Shown piece by piece: positions 19,879-29,812 of a DNA stretch of 64,000 bases. The stretch's first letter is position 1; every line of letters begins with the position of its first letter. The DNA lies in NCBI GenBank assembly GCA_039198065.1, contig JBCCTU010000004.1, positions 257,795 through 321,794 on the forward strand. Reading direction: 5' to 3'. Source of the stretch: Pseudomonadota bacterium. Lineage in GTDB: Bacteria; Pseudomonadota; Gammaproteobacteria; Pseudomonadales; Azotimanducaceae. A program made the position numbers and the translations under genes. Below the pieces are notes generated by a model. The model saw nothing but the letters and a program-made list of their open reading frames with translations. It ran no database searches and was not told the DNA's origin.

Positions 19879-21437
19879 TGCGTATTGGTGTAGACGTTGG
19901 CGGTACGCATACCGACGCGGCGCTGCTTGACGGCGAGACGCTGCGTGCAAGCACGAAACAGCTCACCAGCGACGACATCGCGAGCGGTGTGTTGGCCGCC
20001 GTGCGCACAGTGCTCGACGCCGCTGGGGTAGCCCCGGCACAGATCTCGATGATCGTGCTTGGAACGACGCAGATGACCAACGCCGTCGTTGAGCGGCAGC
20101 GGCTCGAGGCCGTAGGTGCGCTGCGTATCGGCGCTCAGTCCTCGCGAGCATTGCCGGTTGCGGCGCAATGGCCTGCAGATCTACGCGCCCACTGCGTCGC
20201 CGATTCGGTGATGGTCGACGGCGGGCACGAGTACGACGGGTCGGCGCGCATCGCGACGGACGAAGGCACGCTCGCCGAGGCCGTTGACGCCTTCCTCGGC
20301 CGCGGGGTTGAAGCGTTTGCCGTGACCGGTGTGTTTGCGACGGCGAACCCCGCCGCCGAGCTGGCCGCAGCGGCGGTGATCCGCGCCCGCGCGCCACAAG
20401 CACGCATCGCGCTGTCGCACCAGCTCGGTCGCATCGGCCTTTACCAGCGAGAGAACGCGACGCTGCTCAATGCGAGCCTGCTTCGCCACGCCGAGCGCGT
20501 GTTCAGCGCATTCGAAGCAGCGTTTGCGGAGCTCAAGTTGCGCTGCCCCCTGTTCATCAGTCAGAACGATGGCACGGTGATGACCGCTCGGTTCGCGCGC
20601 CAGTTTCCGGTGCTTACCTTTTCCTCCGGACCCACGAACTCCATGCGCGGCGCGGCGTTTCTGAGCGGTGTTGCTGACGCGATGGTGGTGGATGTCGGCG
20701 GTACCACCTCAGACATCGGCATGCTGCAGCAGGGATTCCCCCGGCCTTCAGGCAGCGCGGTTAGCGTTGGCGGGGTGCTCACCAACTTCCGCATGCCCGA
20801 TGTGCTGGCACTCGGGATCGGTGGTGGTTCGCTGGTTGCCGACGATGGCAGCGTAGGACCGCTGTCCGTTGGTCGGGAGCTGCCCAGCCGCGCCCTGTGC
20901 TTTGGCGGTGAACAGCGCACGGCCACGGACGTGGCCGTTGCGACCGGCCGGATTAGCCTCGGTGATCGGATACCGATCCTCGCCGAGGGACTCAGCGACC
21001 GGGTGGCCACGGAGATCCGTCGCCGTTTCGAGCACACCATCGACAAACTCAAAACCGAAGCCCGGGAACTGCCGCTGATCGTCGTTGGCGGTGGCGGTTT
21101 TCTGGTGCCCGATGTTCTGGACGGCGTCAGTGAGGTGCTGCGTCCAGAGCATGCGGACGTCGCCAACGCCATTGGGGCTGCTTTTGCACAGGTGAGCGGC
21201 GAGGCGGAAGTCGCCTTTGCGCACCGGGTTCGGTCCCGCGACGAGGCCCGGGCGGAGGCGCAGGCGCAAGCGGAGGCGCGAGCGATTGAAGCGGGCGCCG
21301 TGCCGGATTCGTTGAAACTTGTTGATGTCGACGAAACGCCGATGGCCTACCTTGCCGAGCCGGGTTCAATCCTCGCGACCAAGGTAATTGGTGACGTAGA
21401 TGTTGATCGCCTCGGGGTGCACCGCGATGCACGTTGA
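19878..21437 (+). CDS. Hydantoinase/oxoprolinase-family (HyuA-like) protein
   Basis: 519 aa with N-terminus MRIGVDVGGTHTDAAL (ASKHA-type phosphate loop of Hydant_A_N) and a second …VVDVGGTTSDIG… motif. Confidence 0.85.
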   Translation: MRIGVDVGGTHTDAALLDGETLRASTKQLTSDDIASGVLAAVRTVLDAAGVAPAQISMIVLGTTQMTNAVVERQRLEAVGALRIGAQSSRALPVAAQWPADLRAHCVADSVMVDGGHEYDGSARIATDEGTLAEAVDAFLGRGVEAFAVTGVFATANPAAELAAAAVIRARAPQARIALSHQLGRIGLYQRENATLLNASLLRHAERVFSAFEAAFAELKLRCPLFISQNDGTVMTARFARQFPVLTFSSGPTNSMRGAAFLSGVADAMVVDVGGTTSDIGMLQQGFPRPSGSAVSVGGVLTNFRMPDVLALGIGGGSLVADDGSVGPLSVGRELPSRALCFGGEQRTATDVAVATGRISLGDRIPILAEGLSDRVATEIRRRFEHTIDKLKTEARELPLIVVGGGGFLVPDVLDGVSEVLRPEHADVANAIGAAFAQVSGEAEVAFAHRVRSRDEARAEAQAQAEARAIEAGAVPDSLKLVDVDETPMAYLAEPGSILATKVIGDVDVDRLGVHRDAR

Positions 21438-22536
21438 CGCCAGTGACGTTCAAGCGTTGGCGCTCGGCGGCGCCTTCCTGGCGACCGGCGGTGGCGGCGA
21501 TACGCTTATCGGTGAGATCACGACCGGGGTCGCGCTGGAGCAGTTTGGTCCTGTGGCGCTGATCGATGTTCAGACCCTAGCCGACGATGCGTTGGTTTTA
21601 GCTGTTGGCGGCGCCGGCTCGCCGACGATCATGCAGGAGAAACCGTCGGCGGGCGACGAGCCGCGGGCGGCGCTCGAAACGCTCGAGCGGTACCTGGGCC
21701 GACCGGCCGATGCGTTGATCGCGTTCGAGGCGGGCGGCATGAACGCACTGCTGCCGCTGGCCCTGGCGGCGGAACGAAAGCTGCCTGTCGTCGATGCAGA
21801 CGGTATGGGGCGCGCGTTTCCCGAGCTGCAGATGGAATCGTTTTCGATCTACGGCATCCAAGCCACGCCGCTGGCCATGGCGACGGAGCTTGATAACCGG
21901 GTGTTGATTGAACACGCAAGCAGTCCGGAGGTTGCGGAGCAGTTGGTTCGACAGTTCGCCGTTGCTGCCGGGGGCGGCCACTGCGTAAGCGCCGAACACC
22001 CGATGAGCGGCGCCGAGGTGAAACGGGTCGCCGTACTCGGAACCCTGTCGCTGTGTCGCCACATCGGGGCGGCACTGCTCAAGCACGGCCCGCGGATCGA
22101 TACGTTTGTCGCGTCCCTCGAAGCATTGCTGGCACCCACGCACTACGGCGAGGTGCGGCTGCTGTTTCGAGGCAAGGTGGTCGACATGAGTCGCCGGGTT
22201 GAGGGTGGGTACGACCTCGGACTACTGCAAATCGCTGCCTTTGGAGCCGCCGAAACGGTCGAGATTCGGATCAAGAACGAGTATCTGACGGCACACTGCG
22301 ACGGCCAGCCGCTGGCGCTCACACCGGATCTGATCTGTATTCTGGACAACGAGACCGGCCGGCCGATTACGGCCGAGACCATCCGCTACGGGCAGCGGGT
22401 CACGGTCCTCGGCATTGGTGCGCCAGCGCTCATGCGTACGCCGCGGGCGCTCACCGTGGTCGCGCCGCGCAACTTCGGTTTCGACTTCGACTACGTGCCG
22501 ATCGAGGAACTGCCGCGGCCATCCGAGCGTAGGTGA
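21427..22536 (+). CDS. DUF917-family protein (usual partner of HyuA-like proteins)
   Basis: ATG at 21427 (MHVDASDVQALALGGAFLATGGGGD…) overlaps the upstream stop by 11 nt. The GGGGD N-terminal motif and ~370-aa size fit DUF917 as I remember it. Confidence 0.7.
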   Translation: MHVDASDVQALALGGAFLATGGGGDTLIGEITTGVALEQFGPVALIDVQTLADDALVLAVGGAGSPTIMQEKPSAGDEPRAALETLERYLGRPADALIAFEAGGMNALLPLALAAERKLPVVDADGMGRAFPELQMESFSIYGIQATPLAMATELDNRVLIEHASSPEVAEQLVRQFAVAAGGGHCVSAEHPMSGAEVKRVAVLGTLSLCRHIGAALLKHGPRIDTFVASLEALLAPTHYGEVRLLFRGKVVDMSRRVEGGYDLGLLQIAAFGAAETVEIRIKNEYLTAHCDGQPLALTPDLICILDNETGRPITAETIRYGQRVTVLGIGAPALMRTPRALTVVAPRNFGFDFDYVPIEELPRPSERR

Positions 22537-22616
22537 AAAAACCGTCAGCACTGACGGTTATTGGCATGATCACCAGCGGTCAGTAGAATTAAGCCGCTAG
22601 AAAAGGGGGAGCTGCC

Positions 22617-22868
22617 ATGGGCGCGTACAAGCACCCGATGTCCGGTGCGATCTATCGAACGCGGGATGACGGCCTGGTCGACGTGGAGAACAATGGCCTC
22701 AGCGGCGTGTTTTACCACGACGGCCGCCGCCACAGCGGTGATTTGTCCTTCGCCTGTCCGCATATGCTGCTGTGGCTCGCGGGCCCGCAGCTTCCCGAAT
22801 CCGCCACCATGAACCGCCGTCTTGCCAAGCCCGGAGAGATGGCCGAAATGAGCGAGGCCGACGCATGA
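22617..22868 (+). CDS. Small hypothetical protein translationally coupled to the Rieske oxygenase
   Basis: 83-aa ORF with GGGGGAG 6 nt upstream of the ATG. Its TGA overlaps the oxygenase ATG (ATGA at 22865-22868). I recognise no family. Confidence 0.4.
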   Translation: MGAYKHPMSGAIYRTRDDGLVDVENNGLSGVFYHDGRRHSGDLSFACPHMLLWLAGPQLPESATMNRRLAKPGEMAEMSEADA

Positions 22869-24205
22869 GCGCAAAACCCGTTCCCGCCCAATCGAGCGGA
22901 ATCAGCTACCAGGAATTGATCGCTAGCGATGCCGTAGCGCCACCGGATGTCCTCACCCTGACGAGCCGGTTTGACTCGCCGCTTGTATCGGTGCCGGTAT
23001 CCCGCTACACGACGAAAGCGTTTCACGAGCTGGAGATGGAGAAACTCTGGCCCAAGGTCTGGCAGATGGCCTGCCGGGAAGAACACATTCCCGAGGTCGG
23101 CGACTTCCACGTCTACGAAATCGGCTCCTACTCGATCATCGTGGTGCGAACGAAGGAGGGCATCAAAGCCCACCATAATGTGTGCCGGCATCGCGGTCGC
23201 AAACTGTGCGATCACCACGGCCATGCTGCGAGCTTTATCTGTCCGTTCCACGGGTTCAGTTGGAACACCGATGGCTCGTTGCGCGGCGTGACTTCGGAGT
23301 GGGACTTCCCGCAGATTGACAAAGACGACTTCGATCTCAATCCCGTTCGAGCCGAGACCTGGGGCGGCTGGGTGTTCATTAACATGGATATGGACGCCGA
23401 GCCGCTGGCGGATTTCCTTGGAGACCTGCCCGCGCACTTTGACGTCTGGCAACCGGAAAACCGGTATGTGGAGGCGCACGTCGCGAAAGTCATGCCGGCA
23501 AACTGGAAGCTGGTGCAGGAAGCGTTCATGGAAGCGTTCCACGTCATCACGACGCACCCCCAGATCCTCGAGGGTTCCGGTGACGAGAACAGTCAGTACG
23601 ATGCCTGGGGGAATTTCTCGCGCGCGATCACGCCAAGCGGCACGCACAGCCCGCATCTGAAGACGGCACCGACGGAGCAAGAGAAGCTCGATGCGGTCTT
23701 TATGAAAGATCTTGACTCGCCGTCGATGGTTGAGGTCCCCGAGGGTGCTACGGCTCGCAGCGTCATCGGCGCGTTGTCGCGCGGAAACTACGAAGGCGTC
23801 GTCGGAGAGGGCGCGTCGTTGTCCGACGCCTGCCTCAACGACAGCATCTATTACACGCTGTTCCCGAACTTCCATCCCTGGGGTGGGTATGCACGCATCG
23901 TGTATCGCTTTCGGCCGTACAAGAATCACCACGACAAGTCGGTCATGGAGTGTTTCTACCTGACGCCGTGCAAAGCCGATGAGCGACCGGCACCGGCGAC
24001 CATGACCTGGCTCAACGAAGACCAGGACTGGACCGAAGCACCGCAGCTCGGGATGTTGGCGAAGATTTTCCAGCAGGACTCATTCAACTTGCCGAAGGTG
24101 CAAGAGGGGCTGGAGGCAGCGCAGTTCGACGAGGTGGTGTTCGCCAACTATCAGGAAACCAAGCTGCGTCATTTTCACCAGTTGCTCGGAAAGTACCTGG
24201 CCTGA
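22865..24205 (+). CDS. Rieske [2Fe-2S] aromatic-ring-hydroxylating oxygenase alpha subunit (GbcA/CntA/Stc2-like monooxygenase type)
   Basis: Carries the Rieske motif CRHRGRKLC…CPFHGFSW and the mononuclear Fe motif NWKLVQEAFMEAFHVITTHP. Start is at ATG 22865 inside track ORF 22772-24205. Confidence 0.88.
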   Translation: MSAKPVPAQSSGISYQELIASDAVAPPDVLTLTSRFDSPLVSVPVSRYTTKAFHELEMEKLWPKVWQMACREEHIPEVGDFHVYEIGSYSIIVVRTKEGIKAHHNVCRHRGRKLCDHHGHAASFICPFHGFSWNTDGSLRGVTSEWDFPQIDKDDFDLNPVRAETWGGWVFINMDMDAEPLADFLGDLPAHFDVWQPENRYVEAHVAKVMPANWKLVQEAFMEAFHVITTHPQILEGSGDENSQYDAWGNFSRAITPSGTHSPHLKTAPTEQEKLDAVFMKDLDSPSMVEVPEGATARSVIGALSRGNYEGVVGEGASLSDACLNDSIYYTLFPNFHPWGGYARIVYRFRPYKNHHDKSVMECFYLTPCKADERPAPATMTWLNEDQDWTEAPQLGMLAKIFQQDSFNLPKVQEGLEAAQFDEVVFANYQETKLRHFHQLLGKYLA

Positions 24206-24229
24206 AACAACGCGTGAGGCGTGAGACGG

Positions 24230-24421
24230 CTACTCGTCGTAGTCGTCTTCGTCTTCCTCCTCGTACTCTTCCTCGTCGTCGTACTCGTCTTCATCGAGGG
24301 CTTCCGCGGTGAGGCGCGTCTTGGCGAGTTCAAGGGCTCCGATGAGTTCGATGTAACTCGCTTCCGTCTCGTCGAGGAGTTCCTGCAGCCGCGCGCTGAA
24401 GTCGGTAATGTCACTGCTCAC
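24230..24421 (-). CDS. Small protein with a hyper-acidic C-terminal tail
   Basis: 63 aa from a GTG start, with AGAGGA about 9 nt upstream. The sequence is MSSDITDFSARLQELLDETEASYIELIGALELAKTRLTAEALDEDEYDDEEEYEEEDEDDYDE. It lies 58 nt downstream of tRNA-Leu on the same strand. Confidence 0.4.
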   Translation of the reverse strand: MSSDITDFSARLQELLDETEASYIELIGALELAKTRLTAEALDEDEYDDEEEYEEEDEDDYDE

Positions 24422-24479
24422 GATCAGATCCTCTATGCCGGCTGCTGCGGGTCGATGGTTCTTACGACGGTACGCGGAG

Positions 24480-24566
24480 TGGTACCTGGGGCCGGAGTCG
24501 AACCGGCACGGGTTTTACCCCACCAGAGTTTGAGTCTGGCGCGTCTACCAATTTCGCCACCCAGGC
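24480..24566 (-). tRNA. tRNA-Leu (anticodon CAA), type II with long variable arm, CCA encoded
   Basis: The reverse complement reads GCCTGGGTGGCGAAATTGGTAGACGCGCCAGACTCAAACTCTGGTGGGGTAAAACCCGTGCCGGTTCGACTCCGGCCCCAGGTACCA. The anticodon stem is CCAGA/TCTGG with loop CTCAAAC. The T-arm is CCGGTTCGACTCCGG. Coordinates were cross-checked against + ORF 24221-24583. Confidence 0.9.
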
Positions 24567-24570
24567 GTAG
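24531..24570. repeat. Left direct repeat (att-like): anticodon loop to 4 nt upstream of the tRNA-Leu 5' end
   Basis: tgagtctggcgcgtctaccaatttcgccacccaggcgtag, compared with 27048-27087. Confidence 0.6.
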
Positions 24571-24627
24571 AACGGCGCCATGATAAGCGTGTGCCCATGG
24601 GGGTTGGAAGTCCCAAACCCTCACATT

Positions 24628-25099
24628 TCAACGCCGGTTTGCGCAGTGCGCCTGGAATGTGTGGGTCTCTCCACTAGTGAATCGACCTGTGTAGGCTGTG
24701 CAGATCCCCTCGGGTGGAAGACGTTGGTAGGCCAAACCTGCGGCTAGGCCGTTCTGCTCGAGACCCGCGTAGCGTTCGGTCGGACAGGATGTGCGGTGAG
24801 ACGTCCGCCATGCCTGGGACGTCGCGAAAACAACTGGACACCAAGGTGGCGGCCTACTGCTCGGTGAACGTCGGGTGCTTCTCGATTGAGCTCGGTAGCT
24901 TGTGCAACCGTCGGTAATTCACGAACGTCAGCAGGATTCGTCGGTTTGTGTCGTTCCTGGTCCCGACCAAAGTGTATTCCATAAGTTCCGAGAGCCGGTG
25001 TTCTTGGCGGCTCGCTATGTCATTTGTCGGTTTATTGCTTGCTTTCCATTGGGGGAATCCAGCCTCTGCGACTTTGGGGGCTAGTAATGATTGAAGCAC
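24628..25099 (-). pseudogene. Tyrosine recombinase (phage-type integrase) C-terminal remnant, truncated, with an in-frame stop and a frameshift
   Basis: Track ORF 24854-25099(-) contains …QEHRLSELMEYTLVG… (box I R-x-S-E-L) and ends …SIEKHPTFTEQ-TAG. One frame over, the sequence continues …SQAWRTSHRTSCPTERYAGLEQ…, with His-X8-Tyr spacing, a TERYA motif and the Tyr codon at 24769-24771. That is about 32 codons after HPTF, the canonical spacing. The available space (<0.8 kb) is too short for an intact integrase. Confidence 0.45.
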
Positions 25100-25363
25100 C
25101 TTTCGCGCAGCGTTGGCTGGTCAACCTAAATCAGCTTCACCGTACGCCTGAAGGTGATTCGTTGCTATGTCGACGCTGAGTGTCTGATCTTCTGGAATGC
25201 TTGGTCGCTTACGAAAACGCACGTTCTCAAACAGAGATCTAGGAGCGCGGCCTGAGTAAGGGTCTTACGCTGAGCGGTCTGTCACGTGCTGTAAATTCTA
25301 CCGGCGCTTGCTTCGCTGCGATGTCGAGGTGGGAAGTAGCTAGGCCTAGGTAGCCAGAAGTCG

Positions 25364-25870
25364 TCAATACTGCGGGTTCTCGTCCTCGTCGGTGTCCATA
25401 GCGTTATGCATCTTTCGCAGCAGTCGATGCAGGTCAGATAAATCCTCGGGGGACATGCCTTCCATATACTTCTGCATCGTCGGAGCGACTCGCCCAATCG
25501 CAGCGTCGCGGGCTTTTCGACCCAATGGTGTAAGAAACACGAGTTTGCTTCGCTTGTCTCGCGGATTTTCCAAGACTTCGATGTAGCCACGCTCGGAGAG
25601 CCTAGCGAGGCTGTTCGTCATAGTTGCTCGTGTTTGGTTCATTTGTTCTGCGAGTCTCTGAGGCGTCTGAGCGTCTCCGTTACGGACGAGGCGGTTCAAG
25701 AGACTGAAGTGCGACATGTGCAGCTCGTTGTTCTGAGCCTTGTTGAAATCGCCAGAACTCATCTGATGAACAATATGCACTTCGGCCAATATGGCGAACA
25801 CCAGCCCAACGTCTTCATTGATTGTTTGGGCTGTCGCCTTTACAGATTTCCTCGTTCTTTTGCCTTTCAT
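25364..25870 (-). CDS. MarR-family transcriptional regulator
   Basis: 168 aa with a winged HTH (…QTPQRLAEQMNQTRATMTNSLARLSERGYIEVLENPRDKRSKLVFLTPLG…). It is divergent from mipA. Confidence 0.9.
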   Translation of the reverse strand: MKGKRTRKSVKATAQTINEDVGLVFAILAEVHIVHQMSSGDFNKAQNNELHMSHFSLLNRLVRNGDAQTPQRLAEQMNQTRATMTNSLARLSERGYIEVLENPRDKRSKLVFLTPLGRKARDAAIGRVAPTMQKYMEGMSPEDLSDLHRLLRKMHNAMDTDEDENPQY

Positions 25871-25871
25871 T

Positions 25872-25891
25872 ATTTAGATATCGTACTAAAT
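25872..25891. promoter_or_regulatory. Candidate MarR operator 1 (ATTTAG-N8-CTAAAT, containing ATCGTACTAAA)
   Basis: Inverted repeat starting 2 nt upstream of the marR ATG. It shares the ATCGTA(C/T)TAA half-site with the larger palindrome. Confidence 0.4.
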
Positions 25892-25930
25892 CAAGCCGGT
25901 GTCAAGCGGTAAAACTGTGACGCAGGCTTT

Positions 25931-25974
25931 ATTTAGTTTGACATCGTATTAACTAATACGATGTCTTACTAAAC
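25931..25974. promoter_or_regulatory. Candidate MarR operator 2: 44-bp near-perfect palindrome with a perfect core GACATCGTATTA-ac-TAATACGATGTC (25940-25965)
   Basis: Lies in the marR/mipA divergent intergenic region. The 12-bp arms are perfect. The outer ATTTAG/CTAAA arms extend the dyad. Confidence 0.5.
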
Positions 25975-26016
25975 CCAAGGCACCAACATCTATCGAATCG
26001 TCTTGGAGAAGTTCAG

Positions 26017-26835
26017 ATGACTAACCTATTCCGCACCCACCAGCTGTTTCTAACTCTGATGTTTTCCGCTTCCGCATATGCCTTCTCGGAAGAAAAGGAC
26101 AATGAAGAGTGGCAAATGTACGACGACTTTCTTGCTCTAGGTGTAGTGAGCGTCCCTGAATACGAAGGCTCCGGAGATCAGCAGATTGTTCCCCTGCTCT
26201 TTGGCCAAATCACCTTTGCGGGGAACCGTTACCTTGCCATTCAAGGTACCGGTGCCCAACTGAATGTTCTCAACAGCAAAGAGTGGGCGGTTGGGCCGTC
26301 GGTGAACTTCGGATTTGGACGGGACGATGGCGTAGACAACGAAGTGATCGCGCTCCTTGAAGAAGTAGATACTGCTATCGAACTTGGAGGCTTCATAAGT
26401 CGCACGTGGCAGGGTGTTGGGCACCCCTCAGGCTCCCTGAGTGCGAGTTTCAACTTCGTACAGGATGTCGCGGACGCTCACGATGGTTGGCAGGCTCAAG
26501 CCAATATTGGATATGGCCGTAGTTTCGGAAAGAAGTTGCGATTACAGACAAATTTGGGCGTCACGTTTGTTGATGACAGCTTCTCTGACACCTACTTCTC
26601 TGTAACTTCTATGGATTCTTCAGCAAGTGGACTACAGACTTACGAAGCAGAAGGTGGTGTAAAGGACTATGGAGTAAACGCGATAGCGACCTATCGGCTT
26701 TCTGAGCGATGGTCTGCAGTGGGGTTTGTTTCATACCGTAGGTTGGTCGGAGATGCGGTTGATAGCCCAATCGTCGACCAAGAAGGTGATGAGAACCAGG
26801 TGATCCTAGCGTTCGGATTTGGTTACTCCTTCTAA
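26017..26835 (+). CDS. MipA/OmpV-family outer-membrane beta-barrel protein
   Basis: 272 aa with signal peptide …MFSASAYA/FS, alternating beta-strand pattern and C-terminus …ILAFGFGYSF ending in Phe. Confidence 0.85.
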   Translation: MTNLFRTHQLFLTLMFSASAYAFSEEKDNEEWQMYDDFLALGVVSVPEYEGSGDQQIVPLLFGQITFAGNRYLAIQGTGAQLNVLNSKEWAVGPSVNFGFGRDDGVDNEVIALLEEVDTAIELGGFISRTWQGVGHPSGSLSASFNFVQDVADAHDGWQAQANIGYGRSFGKKLRLQTNLGVTFVDDSFSDTYFSVTSMDSSASGLQTYEAEGGVKDYGVNAIATYRLSERWSAVGFVSYRRLVGDAVDSPIVDQEGDENQVILAFGFGYSF

Positions 26836-26860
26836 GTGCTTAGGGGCTTGGGACCCTGGC

Positions 26861-26881
26861 GGGACCACACGTGATGGTCCC
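26861..26881 (+). terminator. Possible hairpin terminator after mipA (GGGACCA-cacgtga-TGGTCCC)
   Basis: 7-bp perfect stem 26 nt after the stop. There is no clear U-tract, hence the low confidence. Confidence 0.3.
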
Positions 26882-27047
26882 ATCTCTGGAGTAGGGCGCT
26901 TTCGGCGTCGCCTTGGGCAGGACAGTATTCCGTGAAGCTCCCGAGTTTTCGCGACCCTTTGACGAGCCGTTGAGCGCTAGCAAGGTTTTGCCCTGTTACA
27001 CTAAAGGTTCGAGCGTACGCCGCTTAGCGTTGAACTATCTCGCGTTC

Positions 27048-27087
27048 TGAGTCTGGTGCCTCTACCAATTTCGCCACCCAGGTGTAG
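27048..27087. repeat. Right direct repeat: orphan 5' half of tRNA-Leu (pseudo-tRNA fragment, minus-strand orientation)
   Basis: tgagtctggtgcctctaccaatttcgccacccaggtgtag. It matches the D-arm, 5' acceptor and 4 upstream nt of the intact gene. No matching 3' half is found in the adjacent 60 nt. Confidence 0.7.
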
Positions 27088-27142
27088 CGCGCGAGAATCC
27101 TGCGGCAACCTACGGAAAAATGACAGCGCTCTGAACCCTCGT

Positions 27143-29346
<2,204 letters not shown>

Positions 29347-29463
29347 CTTCGCTCACCCAGAGAGGCTCGTCCCGGCGCTGCTCCCGCGGAACCGTCCACC
29401 GGCCGCAACGAACGACCTACAGCCATACGACTTACAGCCATTAGCATCGCCAAGACAGCAGCC

Positions 29464-29811
29464 ATGACACCAAACGCCGACTTAGTCTTTTTAGCCGCCG
29501 GCCCCGCGGGCTCGCCACCGCCCAATGCGGGGCTGATCAACCTGATCATGATCGGGTTCATCATTGTGTTCTTTTACTTCCTGATCTGGCGCCCCCAGGC
29601 CAAGCGCCGCAAAGAGCACACGACGCTCATGCAGAGTCTGTCGAAGGGCGATGAGGTCGTGAGCGCCGGTGGCATTGTCGGCTTAATTACCAAGGTCGAA
29701 GACGAGTTCGTGAAGATCCAACTGGCCGACAACGTCGAAATCCGCCTGCAGAAGTCGGCGATTGGCGCAACGCTGCCGAAGGGCACGCTCAAGTCGCTGG
29801 ACGGCAGCTGA
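29464..29811 (+). CDS. yajC: Preprotein translocase subunit YajC
   Basis: 115 aa with a single TM segment followed by …RPQAKRRKEHTTLMQSLSKGDEVVSAGGIVGLI…. Confidence 0.9.
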   Translation: MTPNADLVFLAAGPAGSPPPNAGLINLIMIGFIIVFFYFLIWRPQAKRRKEHTTLMQSLSKGDEVVSAGGIVGLITKVEDEFVKIQLADNVEIRLQKSAIGATLPKGTLKSLDGS

Positions 29812-29812
29812 G

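Larger units (their letters stand above)
24531..27087. mobile_element. Decayed integrative islet (~2.5 kb): tRNA-derived direct repeats flanking an integrase remnant, marR and mipA
   Basis: 40-bp direct repeats at 24531-24570 and 27048-27087 are identical at 37/40 positions by manual alignment. The interior is visibly AT-richer than both flanks. A tyrosine-recombinase remnant lies next to the tRNA. Confidence 0.5.

Noticed and set aside
22546-22582. Inverted repeat ACTGAC-N22-GTCAGT after the DUF917 gene
   Set aside because: The arms are short (6 bp) and the loop long. It is not convincing as either terminator or operator.
22712-23932. 406-aa minus-strand ORF
   Set aside because: Antisense to the Rieske oxygenase gene, which carries both metal-centre motifs.
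25282-25590. 102-aa minus-strand ORF overlapping marR
   Set aside because: It is out of frame within the well-supported MarR gene and has no features.
26990-27047. Search for the missing 3' half of the orphan tRNA-Leu fragment; a GGTTCGAG string at about 27008 looked T-loop-like
   Set aside because: There is no acceptor or T-stem complementarity around it and no similarity to the intact tRNA 3' half (24480-24530).
29418-29452. Direct repeat TACAGCCAT(A/T) x2 upstream of yajC
   Set aside because: Two 9-10-bp copies only. It could be chance, and I recognise no known motif.
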